64,000 bases of DNA from Lingula anatina (lineage: Eukaryota > Animalia > Brachiopoda): assembly GCA_051362555.1 (NCBI GenBank), contig CM120642.1:1240001-1304000 (forward strand). The letters run 5' to 3'. The translations under genes and the position numbers were made by a program. A model generated the notes under the pieces. It made no database searches. It saw nothing but the letters and a program-made list of their open reading frames with translations, and had not been told where the DNA came from. Below are positions 38,711 to 52,473 of this stretch, in pieces (within the stretch, counting starts at the first letter, position 1; every line of letters starts with the position of its first letter).

Positions 38711-41700
38711 CTGAAAAGTAAAAGTAATTTAATTATTAGCTGCAATGGAATACAAACACCAGGGACATTTTCAATTAGCACAAAAAATGTTCATTTAAAT
38801 ACAAATACAAAAGAAATGTTCCAAGCACTAATCAAAAAATACAAAAGTGACTTCATACTAAATCAGTATTTTCCTATTATAATTTTTCATTGGTTCTTTA
38901 CAAGAACATTTTAAAACAAACCACTACATACCCTTCATGTCCAACTCCTCATAATGTTGTAGAACTGCAGTTGGGTTTTGCAGCACATAGGACTGGATGC
39001 TCTGTGGATTGTGCAGCAGCTCAGTTTCCACTCTATGGAAAATGTCTCTATAACTTGGGGTAAGATATCTGCCTGTCATAGGGTCATAAAGACGGTCCCC
39101 CATGAAAACCAGTCCAGCCTCCCCATCATACAGTTTTCCATGGAAACCAAACATGAACTCAAAATGTGGTGGTGAATCTATTTCCACATTTCCAAAAGGT
39201 TCGTAAGAGATTTGTTTGACAATCATGCCAACGGAATCAAATATGGCAACAGGTGAACCCATTGGGTCAGTGGCAATGTAATAGTACCTGTCACCTTTTT
39301 CCATTGCCATAAGGCGATTCGATCCATCATAAAACAGTACTGTTGTCTCATATGAAGAGTGATTATATATGTGTGTAACAAGATTCTTATTAAGCACATT
39401 GCCATAATAGAACTGTACAAAAGCTCCATCACTGTCTTTCCTAGCGATGAGACGACTGTGTGCATCATAGTAATACCATATCTGTCTTCCATCGCCATTG
39501 GTCACACGTGTCAGCTGACCCTGAGAATTATACACAAATACATCCCTGTTTCTTTGGATCAAAAACCCATCACCATCAAACATGTATGTGTGATCTCCGT
39601 AGGAAACAAGGCGATCACTGTTATCAACAAGGACCTCCTTGAGACGACCAAATTGTGATACTGTGGCTAGGTTACCATTGGTATCATAGGTGTACTTCCA
39701 TGATGACTGGCCCTGCAGTAATACATCCACTATGTTGTCATCAATGTCATAAGAATAGTCAAAAGCCTTTTCATCTCCCCTGCCTATTTCTCTGGACCAG
39801 CGCTGTAGCCTGCCAACACTATCATATGTGATAGCCATGTGGTACACCTGCTCATTATTGAACTTGTATTGCACTTCATTAAGGCGACTGTATTCATCAA
39901 ATGCCTTTGTAATCTCAACATGTATATTCCTGATCACCACTTTGTTATACTGTGGATATGAAAACACAAAGGAACGCATGGTCAGAAGTTTCCCAGTGGT
40001 ATTGTTATAGCTCAACTTCAGTGGAACCAATTCATTGGAGCCAATGGTTGCTTTGAGAGTAGAGATCCTAAAGTTGTTGTCATAATCATACTCAAACCTG
40101 CCTTGAATGTATCTCCTATCCTTAAATGTAATCCCATATGAAGTTGCAAATTGCTCTGAAGGTTTATAATCCAGAAGACAGCCAAAGTTTCCACTTTGAA
40201 GGTCATAACCTGTCCGAAGTTTGGACTTCTCGTTGTATAAATGCCTAATTGTTGTTTCTCCAGATATCACTTTCTCCAGGAGTGCCTTTTCATTATAATA
40301 ATAGTACACCCTCCTAAGATTACTGGGATACTGAATCCTTAGTAACCGTCCATCACTGGTGTAATCTTCCAAATATGGCATCTGTGTCCCTGGTAACCTA
40401 TATAGGTATCTATGGAAACCTACAGAGACTAGCCTATCAAAACTGTGGGTTCCACTGTTGGGCGTTGTCAATTTGGCCAGGTTGCCATGGAGATCATACT
40501 TGAAGTGATATCTCTTTCCACTTGGTAAGGCTATTTCAGTTGGCTAGTTAAAACAAATATAGTGTAAGGTTAGTCATAATCAGAAAAAGATTTTCAATAC
40601 AAACAAAGACAACAAATATAAATGATTAAATTTAACATTTGGTACAATTTACATGTACCTAAATATAAGCTCGCATTATACTGCATTTCAACCAAATTCT
40701 ATTATGTAACCTGCAAATTGAAAACAAAAATACTAGGAAAGCACTCAGAGAGCACAGATCTCTGCTAGCTCAATACACATTATTACTAAATGAATGAATT
40801 GCCACCAAAATATAACTGATTTGAAGGTAGCTCAATTTTTACCTATCCTGAAAATAGGATCAATGTCCATCCACAACTTTTTTCGAAAATATATTGCTAA
40901 CAAACAACCATGCTGCCAAATCAATACAAAAAATTATTCTCTTGGTGGAGGTAAATCTAAGCTCCGTACCTTATCACCTCCCCTGTACATCCACATCTGG
41001 GTGGCACCGTTACTCTTCACCCTCTTATTCAACTGGCCGCGTGCGTCGTAATCCCAGCGCTGCGTTAAATCTCCTTTCTGCCATTTGACCATACGTCCCT
41101 GTGGGTCCAGAGTGACATTGACAGGTTTTAGATTCAGAGAAGATACAAAAGCCTCGGCCTGGCCTGCAGAGTTATATATAATGGTGAGGAGTTCTTTCCA
41201 GTTAACGTCCATAATTGTCTCAGTGTTGGCCTCTCTGTCGTATTCGATAGTCAAAACATGCTCTCCATTGACCTGAAAAAGACGATATCAAAATGACATA
41301 CCTGTATTACCTAATGTGCACAAATTTCAGTCTATCCAAATTTTAACATTAAACAGGATATATTCTATGTTTAAATCAATTTATATCTTGGGCAGCATGC
41401 TCTTGAACAATTGATAAAACAAAATGCATCACTGACCGCATGGATCTTTATTTTTAAACTAGCTGTAGTCTGTAACTTTCAATAAGGGGGAACTCTATCA
41501 AACCTACATTGCATTCAACAGTTCAGGAAACATGAGAGAACTAATGAAATATTCACTTTGAAAACTTCTACACATAAGATACACAGAATCTAGGCTTTTC
41601 CAACACAGGGGCATGACACAATTCTTAATAACTACTGGAGCCTGAAATTCTAAGAGTAATTATGCATACATGGGGTGTTGAACACTAAGCAGACAGAGGA

Positions 41701-44700
41701 ACAGGATAAGGCTTAACTGTATCCCAAATCATATCAATGGATCTTAACCAGTTCTGTTAGTATACAGTGCCATTTCACGCCCAAGCATGTTAAGAGGAAA
41801 AATTTAAAAACATGCTTTCACATTCGCTTCCACAGGATGGTTCATTCTGAGCAACTCAAATTTGTCTCCTTATAGTTTTTCTTACTTCCTGCCACCATCA
41901 TCCCCATGAACATTCCTGTATGGAAACAAGTGAAGCCCAAGCAGAAGCTTAAAGCCTTAAAACATAGCAAGAAAAATTTTCCAAGCATCACAAATTGTGC
42001 AAAATGCAGCCAACTAAAAGTGCAATCTTTTCTGTTGAATCAAAAATTTCATAAGGTGCTTTTGTTCTTGAACAATAATTGCCCAAGTATTTGTCTTTCA
42101 GAAATTTGCTCATTTGTTACATTAATCTGCATGTTACAGAGATAACTCCTTTTATCATTTTCTTTATATTTTGTTGATAAAGAAAACAAGAGCTCATTCC
42201 AAAGAATAGAAGATCCAATTCAGAATAAGTAAAGACCCAGTCATTGTTTTCTTGGGTTAATAGTTTCTAACTAAGCAAGTTAGTGGCAGCGTACCAGTAG
42301 TAATTTGACTCCTATCATTTCATGCTGGTTAGCATGCCTGTTGCCATGCCTCGTACGGTGCGATTCGCCTACCCTCAGTCGCCGACCAATTCTCTCGACC
42401 TTCTTGCTCCTCCTGCTTTTTCCATCCCGTCTCAAATAAAAGCGCCACTCAAGTTTGTGCAGGAGGTTGTCTGGACCCAGAATTTTCCGTTTCACTTGCA
42501 TCCTGTGCTCTGTGTCCAGCAATGGGTGAGTAGCTGTTTCCATGGTAACAGCTAAATTGTTGGGGTACTCGACAACTAAAGACCCATCATTTGAATAAGA
42601 AATATTTGCCCTCAAGTTGCCTAAAAAGCAAAACACACCACATCAAGCTTAAGTTTGGAAAAAAACATGCATTGGCATCACAGTGATCTTTGAACATTTA
42701 AAATCCCCACACTAGACAAAGTGACAAGCATGCTTTATAAAATATATGGTACCAAACACACCATCATCTTTCTCCATTTACATAAATTATAAAAAAAATA
42801 AAAAAGTGCATTCATTGGTGATGATAGTTTGACAAAAACAACAAAATATATAAAAACAAAGTTCAATATTAAAATAAGATATTTGTTTTAACCAAAAAAA
42901 GTTGTGTATAAAACAATAGATATAAGGTAAAGAAAATCCCACCCCAAACCCCCAAACTAATAGAAGCATTGAAGCTAACAATAGTAAAAGATGCTGGCTA
43001 AATCAATGCAAAAATTTCGAGAGAAAATTAAAAATACAAATGATAAAATCACATCTTAAAATCACAGATTATATCAAGGCTAACAATTTTCATAATCACT
43101 GTATATAATTTCAGATAGCTATATGATGTCTATAATTATTTATTATTAATAATTTTTCATTTGCATATCATATAATGTGTGTCATTCATTGTTGATAATC
43201 AAACAGCCTGACCCAAGTATGGACTTCAACACTTCCCATCATGCAAAGTCAATGGGGCCTCTTTGATCAACAAGTTATTACCATTTCATGTGACAAAGAG
43301 ACCACAATCATGCATCATTCTTCCCTGGGAGACAAAACATAGTATCAGTTTTTAGTGAAGGGAAATAATACTACTTTCCTTAATATTACCACATGAATTT
43401 TCCCATTAATGTTTTTCAAACAATTAGTCAAAAGATATTACTGTTGTTAATTTCCTTCATAAAATGATGTTTTTTTTTCACAATGATATTGATGACAACC
43501 CCCAGTCCCCCACCTCCTCAATCCTGGGTCAAGCTAGACTAACAAAGCAGCGAAAGCAACTTGCCATGCAGGTACGCCAGCTGGTTGCCATTAGTTGCCA
43601 TGGTTACCACATCAGCAGCATCAGTAGCAACCTTGACCACTGCACCTGTTGATGTCACATCAGTTTCCACGTTTGTCACCTCTCCCGTCGGCTGAATGAC
43701 ATGTGACACGCGGCCGTTGTCATCATACTCATAGAAATAAGTGTGTTCACTGTCAGTCCTCTTGGAGAATAGCAACCCACTACTGCTCAGATAGGTGAAT
43801 GAAACTGAATAATTCCCTGGAACTGTGAAGGTCTCCAGTTGACCTAAAGGATTCATTTTAACCTTTGACCTCTGACCTCCAGGTGACACAATTTCTTTGG
43901 CCCAAGTAGTGTAATCTCTTACAATCCTCAACTGGTTATTGTTTGGTCCTGTGACTGTGGTGAGTTTCCCATAGTACGAGTTGACACTGTATGTGAAGCT
44001 GTAGACTACAGTATCAGTCATTAGATTCTTGGTGGAGCGATGCTGCCCATATCTGTTGAATGTGTACACTTCATGTGTCCCTGGGGACATGACTTCATAA
44101 TGGCGGTAACGGTTGGCAGTTGGTAGAGAAGACACAATGGAGTGGACTCTCAGGTTTCCCATGTCAGCCACATGGAGGACATTGTCTGGTGTCACAGTCA
44201 GAGCTGTTGGTGTGTTCAGCAGAGCCGAGGCTGCCAGGGTTTCCTTAGTATCAAAACACTTACATTCTGGGTCCTGGCAGTTACACCTGGGAGTACCACC
44301 AACAATATGAGATATCAGACCAGAGGTGGACACCACCCTGACACGATTCACAAACTGCTTGTCGCTCTCCGCAATGTACAGCTCTCCCCATGGTCCAAAC
44401 GCAATATTCTGGGGAGAAATCAAAGTCGCCCTTGTTGCCACACTGAGTCTGAGGCGCTCGTCTGATAGCAGCCCTAGTCCAGTTTTCTGGATGTCTTCAG
44501 GCGGGCAGTGTGGTGGGTGGCCAGCGGTCACTACAATCTTCCTCTCAGGGGTCATCCTCAGGACCATGTTATTGTCCAGTATGTGAAGAGTATCATCCAG
44601 GGGGTTAATACTGAGGGCAGTCGGCCAGTGGAGTTTGACCTTGAACAGAATAAAACACACAAAGTGTTAAAGAACTTGAGTATTTTCAGCAAAAACTATC

Positions 44701-47700
44701 TGGCAGTGTTAAATATTTCCCTTAATTCAGCAAAAAATTTCATCAGCTGTTATATGCATTCAATGTTAATTTAAAAACATCAGCATTCATTTTCTGAAAT
44801 AGAAGTGTACCTTTTCATCCCCTTAGTTGACATCATGAGAAGTGATACAAAACCTAGATCAAATTTTGCTGTTGCCAAATGAACAGTTTTAAACCACGCT
44901 TACCTCTCTAACTACAAATTTTCAAGTGGAAATCAATCTCTAATTGACCTGCCCTATAGACAGTCCTACCTGTGCAATGTCTGCTGGTTCCTGACATGGC
45001 AGAGGGTTCCAGTCTCCAGGTTGTAACTGAGAACCCAGCACAGTGCTGATGTGGCCGGTCTTGTTGATGGAACGGATGTTGACGCCATCAACAAAGTACA
45101 CAATGCCATCTTTGTTGATAGCAATACCTTAGAGGTAAGAGAATAATTTTGATTATGTCTGATAACAGCTGTAACAATACCTCAGAGAAAAGAGAGCCTT
45201 ATGGTGATGATAGTAAAAAGTCAATTGTCTCTAGAGAAACTTAACATATTTTTACCCATGAGACCTGACATATGAACCTGTCTTACCTTATAGTTTAACA
45301 TCATTTTAAGAGACAGTGAAAAATGTCACTGAGAAAACTCCATAGCAGATGCAAATTTGGTTCACACATTTATTTAAACAATTCTCAATTCAACAATCCT
45401 CACCTTTAGGATGTGTGAGTCTTGCTTGTGAGGCTAGCTTCCCATCCCCACACCTGTCTCTGTCCCCAGGGACGCACTGCTCCCCCGTCCCCGCGATGAT
45501 CTCCAGGTTACTGTCTAGATCTCTGACGGGACCCATTGTCTTCACTCGCAGGACTTTCTTACTGTGAGGATCCGAGATGTAAAGTTTGCCATCCAAGGGG
45601 CTCACCGTCATGAAGTATTTGTATGGGACAGTTTGCGAGCTGAAAATTGTGAAATCTAGACTCTAAATTACTGTTATACAAGGCTGACAACGTAATTGAA
45701 ATATTATTCTTTATTATACATGACTGCATTACTGACTAATGGATTCCCAATGATTCAAAAATATATTTAATGTGAAAGTAATTTTCACCAAAAGTTATTT
45801 GCAAATATGAAATATTTTTTGTACTTTTTTTATGAATATATTTAATACAACATTTGAAAAAAGGATTAAAATTCCAATGAAGTAAACAGAGTTTTCAATC
45901 AATTTCAACATCTAATTTTTTACCTCAACTCCAGAATCCTATCAATCCTCTGACGATCCGGTGACAACTTCCTGACATAATTATAGTCTCCAACATAGAG
46001 GCTGCCATCTCTCCCGCTGGCCAACGCCACTGGAGCTAGCAGTTTGCTGTCAGCAGCATCACCATCACAATTAGTACAGGTCACAGAGCGCTGGCGGCCA
46101 TTGCCTAAGATGGTCTTGAGATTCTTGGGTTTCTCCTTCAAGTAGATGTTGGTGCCATCTCCCTTGTGTAAAATACCTAAAAGAAGTTGTTATAAAAAGT
46201 GAACATTTTTACATATGTTTGATCTTTTTCTTTATCAAAACATAAGCTCTCAACTGTAGAAACCATGAAATTCTACCAGCCTTATTACTACGCAAAACCA
46301 AAATCATTTTAATGAGCAACTATAAGAAAATATAAATTTAAGTTATATTGCTATTGGACAGCTTTTTGGTTTCCAGTTTGGGTTTGAATTCCAGTTTTAT
46401 CTACACTTTGCTTGCAAAACTTTAACAAAAAAAAACTCGTTCCATCTTTGTTGTACACTGTACCTTCTTGGAAATTATAAGTGTGATGGATGTCAAGATT
46501 CCAGCCTCCTACTTCAGAAGAGGTGAGGTCGTAACCACTCATGGTGGCAGTTCTAGTCTCCCAGAATATGTGTGAACAGCCCTGGTACTGGTACCCTACC
46601 TTGACTGAAATCAGGAGAGGATAATTCACATAAAATTACATCATTTAAAACTGCAATATTTCCATTATTCCATTTCTTTTATTTGATATATTTATATTTG
46701 TTCCTGGCTTAAATTTTTTGCTGTCTACCCCAATTTCTGCACATCAGGTAAAAAAAGGAGTTTCTTTTAAAACATTTCTCTTTCTGATAATTGGGAAAAA
46801 AACCTATCTGGTACCTACCTGAGGCGGTAACAATGCCATACACTTTCTGCTTATAAGCATTGGTCCTGTCCCAGGCAAACCTGTACTTCAGACCACGGTC
46901 AGCCTCAAACAATTTCTCCAGGACAATCCCTTCCACGGTCACCCTGAGGTGGACGAGGGCCAGTGCCTGGGGGATGAGTTCAGGGGTCAACTGGATCAGG
47001 ATACTGGACATGTAGCCAGAAGTTTTACTGCTGTGGTAGACCAGGTGGAGATTGGTGCCAGGGATGGCGATGGACTCCTGGAGGACCTGGAGAACAACGG
47101 GAATTATCCAATGATTTTATAACTCAAGCTGGAATTTTAACATTGTTAATCCTTTTTGTAACATTGAAATGTAAAATATTTTTCTTTAACTGTGTTTATA
47201 AGCTTAGGTGCATGGTGGCAGTGATAGCAAAAACAGCAGCATGATAAAATATATCACTGTAATTTTCCTTGATTAGCAGCATGTAACAGCTGTTGATGTT
47301 TCAGTAATTTGGCATATGTGCTTATTTACATTTGTATAAGATGTCACAAATATATATTAGTAAAGAGTCAAAGCTTTCTATCATTTGCAGTAAATTATTT
47401 TACCTGTGATTCAGGAATGATGGCACTCTCAGCTGGACAGGATCCAAGCTGTGTGTGTTGCCATGTGGACAGCACCAGTGGTTTGATAGTATTGGTGTCT
47501 ACAGCACAAGGGTGAGGGGTCTCAACCTCGTTATCCCCCTCTAACACCAAACTGATTGACTCCATGGTAACCAGCTGATTCCATGGCACCATGACCGTAG
47601 CTATCTTGGTTTTGAATGGTTGACGCTGGAATTGGAGTGTTACGGAACCTCCACCATTCACCAAGATGTCAAATCTGAAAGTGGTGAATAACATAATAGG

Positions 47701-50700
47701 TTAACAACATTTTATCAAAATATTGAAACATGTTTTTATCTTAATTTGCAAAACAATACTAGTTTATCATGTTAAGTCTAGATGCCAACATTTCACACTG
47801 ATTCTTCATCACCTGTATACGAGAAATACAAATAATTTCTGCACAACTTGAAAAATATATGAAAATCAGTATAAATGTTCAAAGCATACTGCACTAAAAT
47901 TGAATCCATTTCTAGAAATCCTCTTTAAGTTATTCTACTCACAGCCCCAGTTCCCTGGTCAGTGTGAAGCCATAGAGAGGCTGTGTGACTACGCTGACCC
48001 TCACCCCTATCAGAGGGGTGCCGTCCTTGGCATACACTCTCCCTCTGATCACAGACACTTGACTGAAACGAAAATCACGTAGCCTAAATATTGTATTTAT
48101 ATGAAGGAAACCAGGTGCCCTTGTCTATATATTTTCTTAGTGTTTTCATAATCTTCAAGGCAGGAAAGTGCTGTATATCATAAAACTATTAAAATATATT
48201 ACTAGAATTTTTAAAAGTTTTTATTTTAACACTTGCTCCTGTTAATTTTAACATAATTAGGCAGGTACATGTATCTGATACATGTTGATATATAAATTGA
48301 GATCCATGTTCATATTTTCATAATTTAGTTGGTTTCCGATACATGTTGATATATAAATTGAGATCCATCCTATTGTTTTCAGTTCATCCTACCTCTCATT
48401 AATATTGCTCATGTTAATGTTTACATAATACACTTTGATATATAAATGGTGTGATTCATGCTATTCTGTATTGTCCACCATACCTCTCATTAAAGGACCC
48501 TGTGTGTGCAAACTTCTGCACACTCTGTTCCTCCACCAAGAACCTCATCTTGTCAAAGAAGGAAGCAGTGCTGCTGGGGGGCTGTTTCCGTAGCAATATC
48601 TCCAGGGGGTCTGGTGACATCACACAGTGGGGGCTGTCCTTACACTCCACAGTAAGACAGCAGTCAGGGTCCTGGCAGTCCAATAGACCATCTGGAATAG
48701 GACAGACAGGTGATTATCAAAGAGACACACATCATAGCAATTTACCCAACTTCCTTGCCAATTGTAACACTATCCTTTTAGAGATTTTAAGTATCTTTAA
48801 TCAATCCAGCATTTTGGTTTTATGCACAAAGGTAACTGTAAAGATTTTTTATCATACTTAAGACTTAAGTAGCCAGGACTGGATTCAACAAATGCTAGCT
48901 TTATAAACAAAGCTCATGACATAATTATCTCTAACAATTCACAAATCAGCAAGGGTGTATCTATAGAAAATAGCGACTATGCAGCAATCACTGAAACTGC
49001 TCCCTACCTGAAAACATAGAACACTAACTTTGTTGCTATTAAATTATCTCTTATCTAAGACACCTCTGTAAGTGGTGTCCATTCTGCCATACCCCACATA
49101 CACTACTATATCAGTGAGTGTGACATACCTTCATCATTATCCAGATTGTCTCCACACTGCACCTCTCTGGACAGACTACAGTCCTCTCCCTTCCAGCCAT
49201 CTGCACAGTTACACTGCCAACTACCTGAGAACACCTGACACCTGCCATGATTACTGCAGGATCTGGGGCAGCCATCTGGAAGACAGACATATGTAGAACT
49301 AACTACAAGACTTTTAGCATGGCTTGAGACTTAGCAAGGTTTATCTTAGGTATATTTACACACAGGAGTGGATCTTAAAGCATAGCAAGGTATTTTTTTA
49401 TCTACCTACCTGTGACTTTGTTAAACTTACAGATATGAGATTAACCTTATGAGGGCTTAGGGGAGTCTTCATTCTGTAATTGCTTTTTTAAAATTCAAAT
49501 ACGAAACATGGTCCACAAAACAGAACACTTGATATTTAGATTCAAACACAGTCACAATGTGAAATGTGACAAGTACGCACCAAGAGAGCAATATTTCCCA
49601 TTCCAGCCAGGGTTGCACATACAGGTGCCATTGTCACAGAAACCATGTACGAGGCAACGTGGATCGCATGACACCTGGTTGCACACGGCGCCTGCCCAGC
49701 CTTCGTCACATACACATCTCTGCCCGCTACAATGACCATGTACGCACTGCAGACTGCAGCGCTCTGGAAGATAAACATCAACATCTAAACTTAGTTCCAG
49801 TCTTTTTCTTACAACTTGTTACTGAATAAAAATGAGGCTAAAAAATTATACAGTATCTGTCAATAAATAAAACTGCAAAAACTCATATTGAAAAGATTAA
49901 AGGATTAAAGTTGCAACTTTTTCATGTGTATACTGATTTATTACATTTAGCAGAAGGATACCTAAACATAAATAAACGTCAACTTAAAATAGACCCCCTT
50001 TTAAGCAATTTAATATGTTCAAAGCTTGCTAATTATAAATTATTTTTACATATGTCATCATAAATAAATCAAAATATCCAATAACTTTGTCAAAAACCTA
50101 CCAATTTCACAGTATTCCCCAGCCCAGCCTTCCTCACACACACATGCATCCAGATGCATGTCGTACACTCCATGCTGCGTGCAGTTCTTGCGACACATAT
50201 TGGGGATATTTTGTACTCTAGGCAGACTACAGTCTGAGCCTGTGTGGTCCTCGTTACAGTAACACTGCCCCTGGACGCACACGCCATTCCCAGAACAATT
50301 GGAAGGAATACAGTCAACTGAGGAAAAAATAAAAGAAACTAAAATATGTGTAATATAGTATTTTTAGACTGAAGGTCTTATTGGAATTTTAAGATATTCT
50401 TGAAGAAGTACGGAGAACTATAACTTTTTGTTTTCTTACGTAACTCTTTATCTTATACCCTCAGATATAAATTCCTTCTATTTAGCTAAGACATAAAAGA
50501 GGGGGCATAAAAGATAGACGCCAGCTGATGTATGCCTGGTGTGTATTGTGATGAAGTGTGAAAATTGTGTTTTGTCTCAACTAACACAACACCGTGCTGA
50601 TGTGACAGCAGTGAAGATTTCAGCTATCTCAACCACTGCAACACAGCTTGTCATTTACTCTCTGGGAAATCATACAAAAACCAATCAGTGAGCTCTGTCT

Positions 50701-52423
50701 AGCATCATTTCACTAAGTAACTCTACTCTTTAACATGGCTGCATCTGTCTGATAATCCTATTGTCTTCACCTGCTTGGGCTGCAAGCATTATGTCTATGG
50801 AGAAGTTTGAGATAAGTATAATAAATCATCAGCATATCTCCCCTACCTTCCCTGCAGTCCTTCCCCTTGAACCCTGGTGAGCAGATGCACTCTCCACGGA
50901 TACATTCCCCATTCCCGTTGCAGTTTGGCACCTCACACCGGTCCACAGCCACAGAGCACTCCTTGCCCTTCCAGTTACTGTAACACTCACATTCTCCTCG
51001 AACATAGATCCCACGGCCATTACATAACACTGGACACACAGCTACAGGGAGAAATAGATACATTTAAGGTCTATTTTTATGTGGAACTAGTCAAGTACAC
51101 CCTGAGAGGCAGAGGTGTCTGGCATCTTTCTTTTTCTGCTATCAGGATACATTTTCTGTTTCTGTGAGTTTTCAGGGACCTCGATAACTCAGGGTGTTAC
51201 AATAGGATATGCAAACAAATAATTTCCATGAGATAAACTCAATTGAAATGGAGCGTGTGAAAGTGAACAATTCCTTTACACATTTTGTTTACATGTTTTA
51301 CTTCAGTAAACTACAAAATAGAGCAGCTGACTTACTCTGTTAAATGGAAATAATATATTTACAGAGTAGCACTTTTAAATGATTTATTGGATTTAATTAA
51401 ATAATTCATTAAAACATTAATATATTTAAGTAAAATATAATAAGCAAATTTACTTCATGAGCAATTGTCTGTCTCACTGCTGAATGGGAATTATTTTATT
51501 TTTCATGAAAACATCAATATATGAAAACACCATTAAAAGCAGCCTTACTCTGTGAGCAGTCCCATCCTTCATATCCAGGGAAGCATGTACACTGGCCATT
51601 TGTACACTCTCCTCTGCCTAGACAGTCCTTGGGGCAGGTGCTGTCCACTTTGTCTGCAATAACCACACAGTGTCACATGGTTATTTCCATATTCATAGTT
51701 TATTATAAAGAACATGTTTCAGAAAACTACTCTTTCTCTTACGACAAAATTTTAACCAGTTTTGACCCAGACTAAGTAAGTAGTAGTCCATTTGTTTGAA
51801 ATTGTGCACCCTTTTAACCTTTTATAACAAGAAAGGAATGAGTTCTATTGAAGGCCAAATTTAGAAAGAATTTTTGTGGACTACTACAGATTTATTCTGA
51901 AAGAATTTTTTTTTTAAAGCTAAGATCAAATTTGATCATTAGTTCTTCTGTAAAACAAGTCCCGACCTTTGGCTAGAGGATAAAAAGTGAAACAGGAACC
52001 TCTGGGAAATTTCTGGACACAGAAACTTAGTATGCCAAATGCACTTAAAAGTAGAAGATACACTATGAATCACGGTGCATGTGTGATAAATAAGTAAATG
52101 TCACATACAAATACACCATGGTGACTTATATTTCAGCAGACGTTGATAACAAAAGATCCTGGCATGATGTATCTGGGTTTCATGTAGGACATGCTTGTTT
52201 GCATGATACTCCATGTGTGAATCTTTTGTTCTGAACATCAGTTGTGGTAGAAGACAAGATACTGACAATGTTGCGGACATAGATGGTGTATTGTTTCTGG
52301 TACACCAAGCTTTTTATAATCTCAGCTATTGATTACCACAGTTGTTATGTATAGAACAAAACACTGGCAAAACTTGATGTAATCCAATCGACGTGTTTTT
52401 TATATACAGTTCTTTGAATTCAC

Positions 52424-52473
<50 letters not shown>

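Noticed and set aside
37869-44660. Bacterial RHS/Tc toxin gene, contamination or recent horizontal transfer
   Set aside because: YD repeats and the Tox-GHH-like end are normal parts of teneurin and splice in frame with the EGF and TM exons.
45640-49580. Vertebrate-type teneurin micro-exons (EGF7/8 and NHL propeller sites)
   Set aside because: Introns exist at both positions, but the only candidate seen (~49446-49473) is 28 nt with an in-frame stop, and none was seen in 45640-45923.
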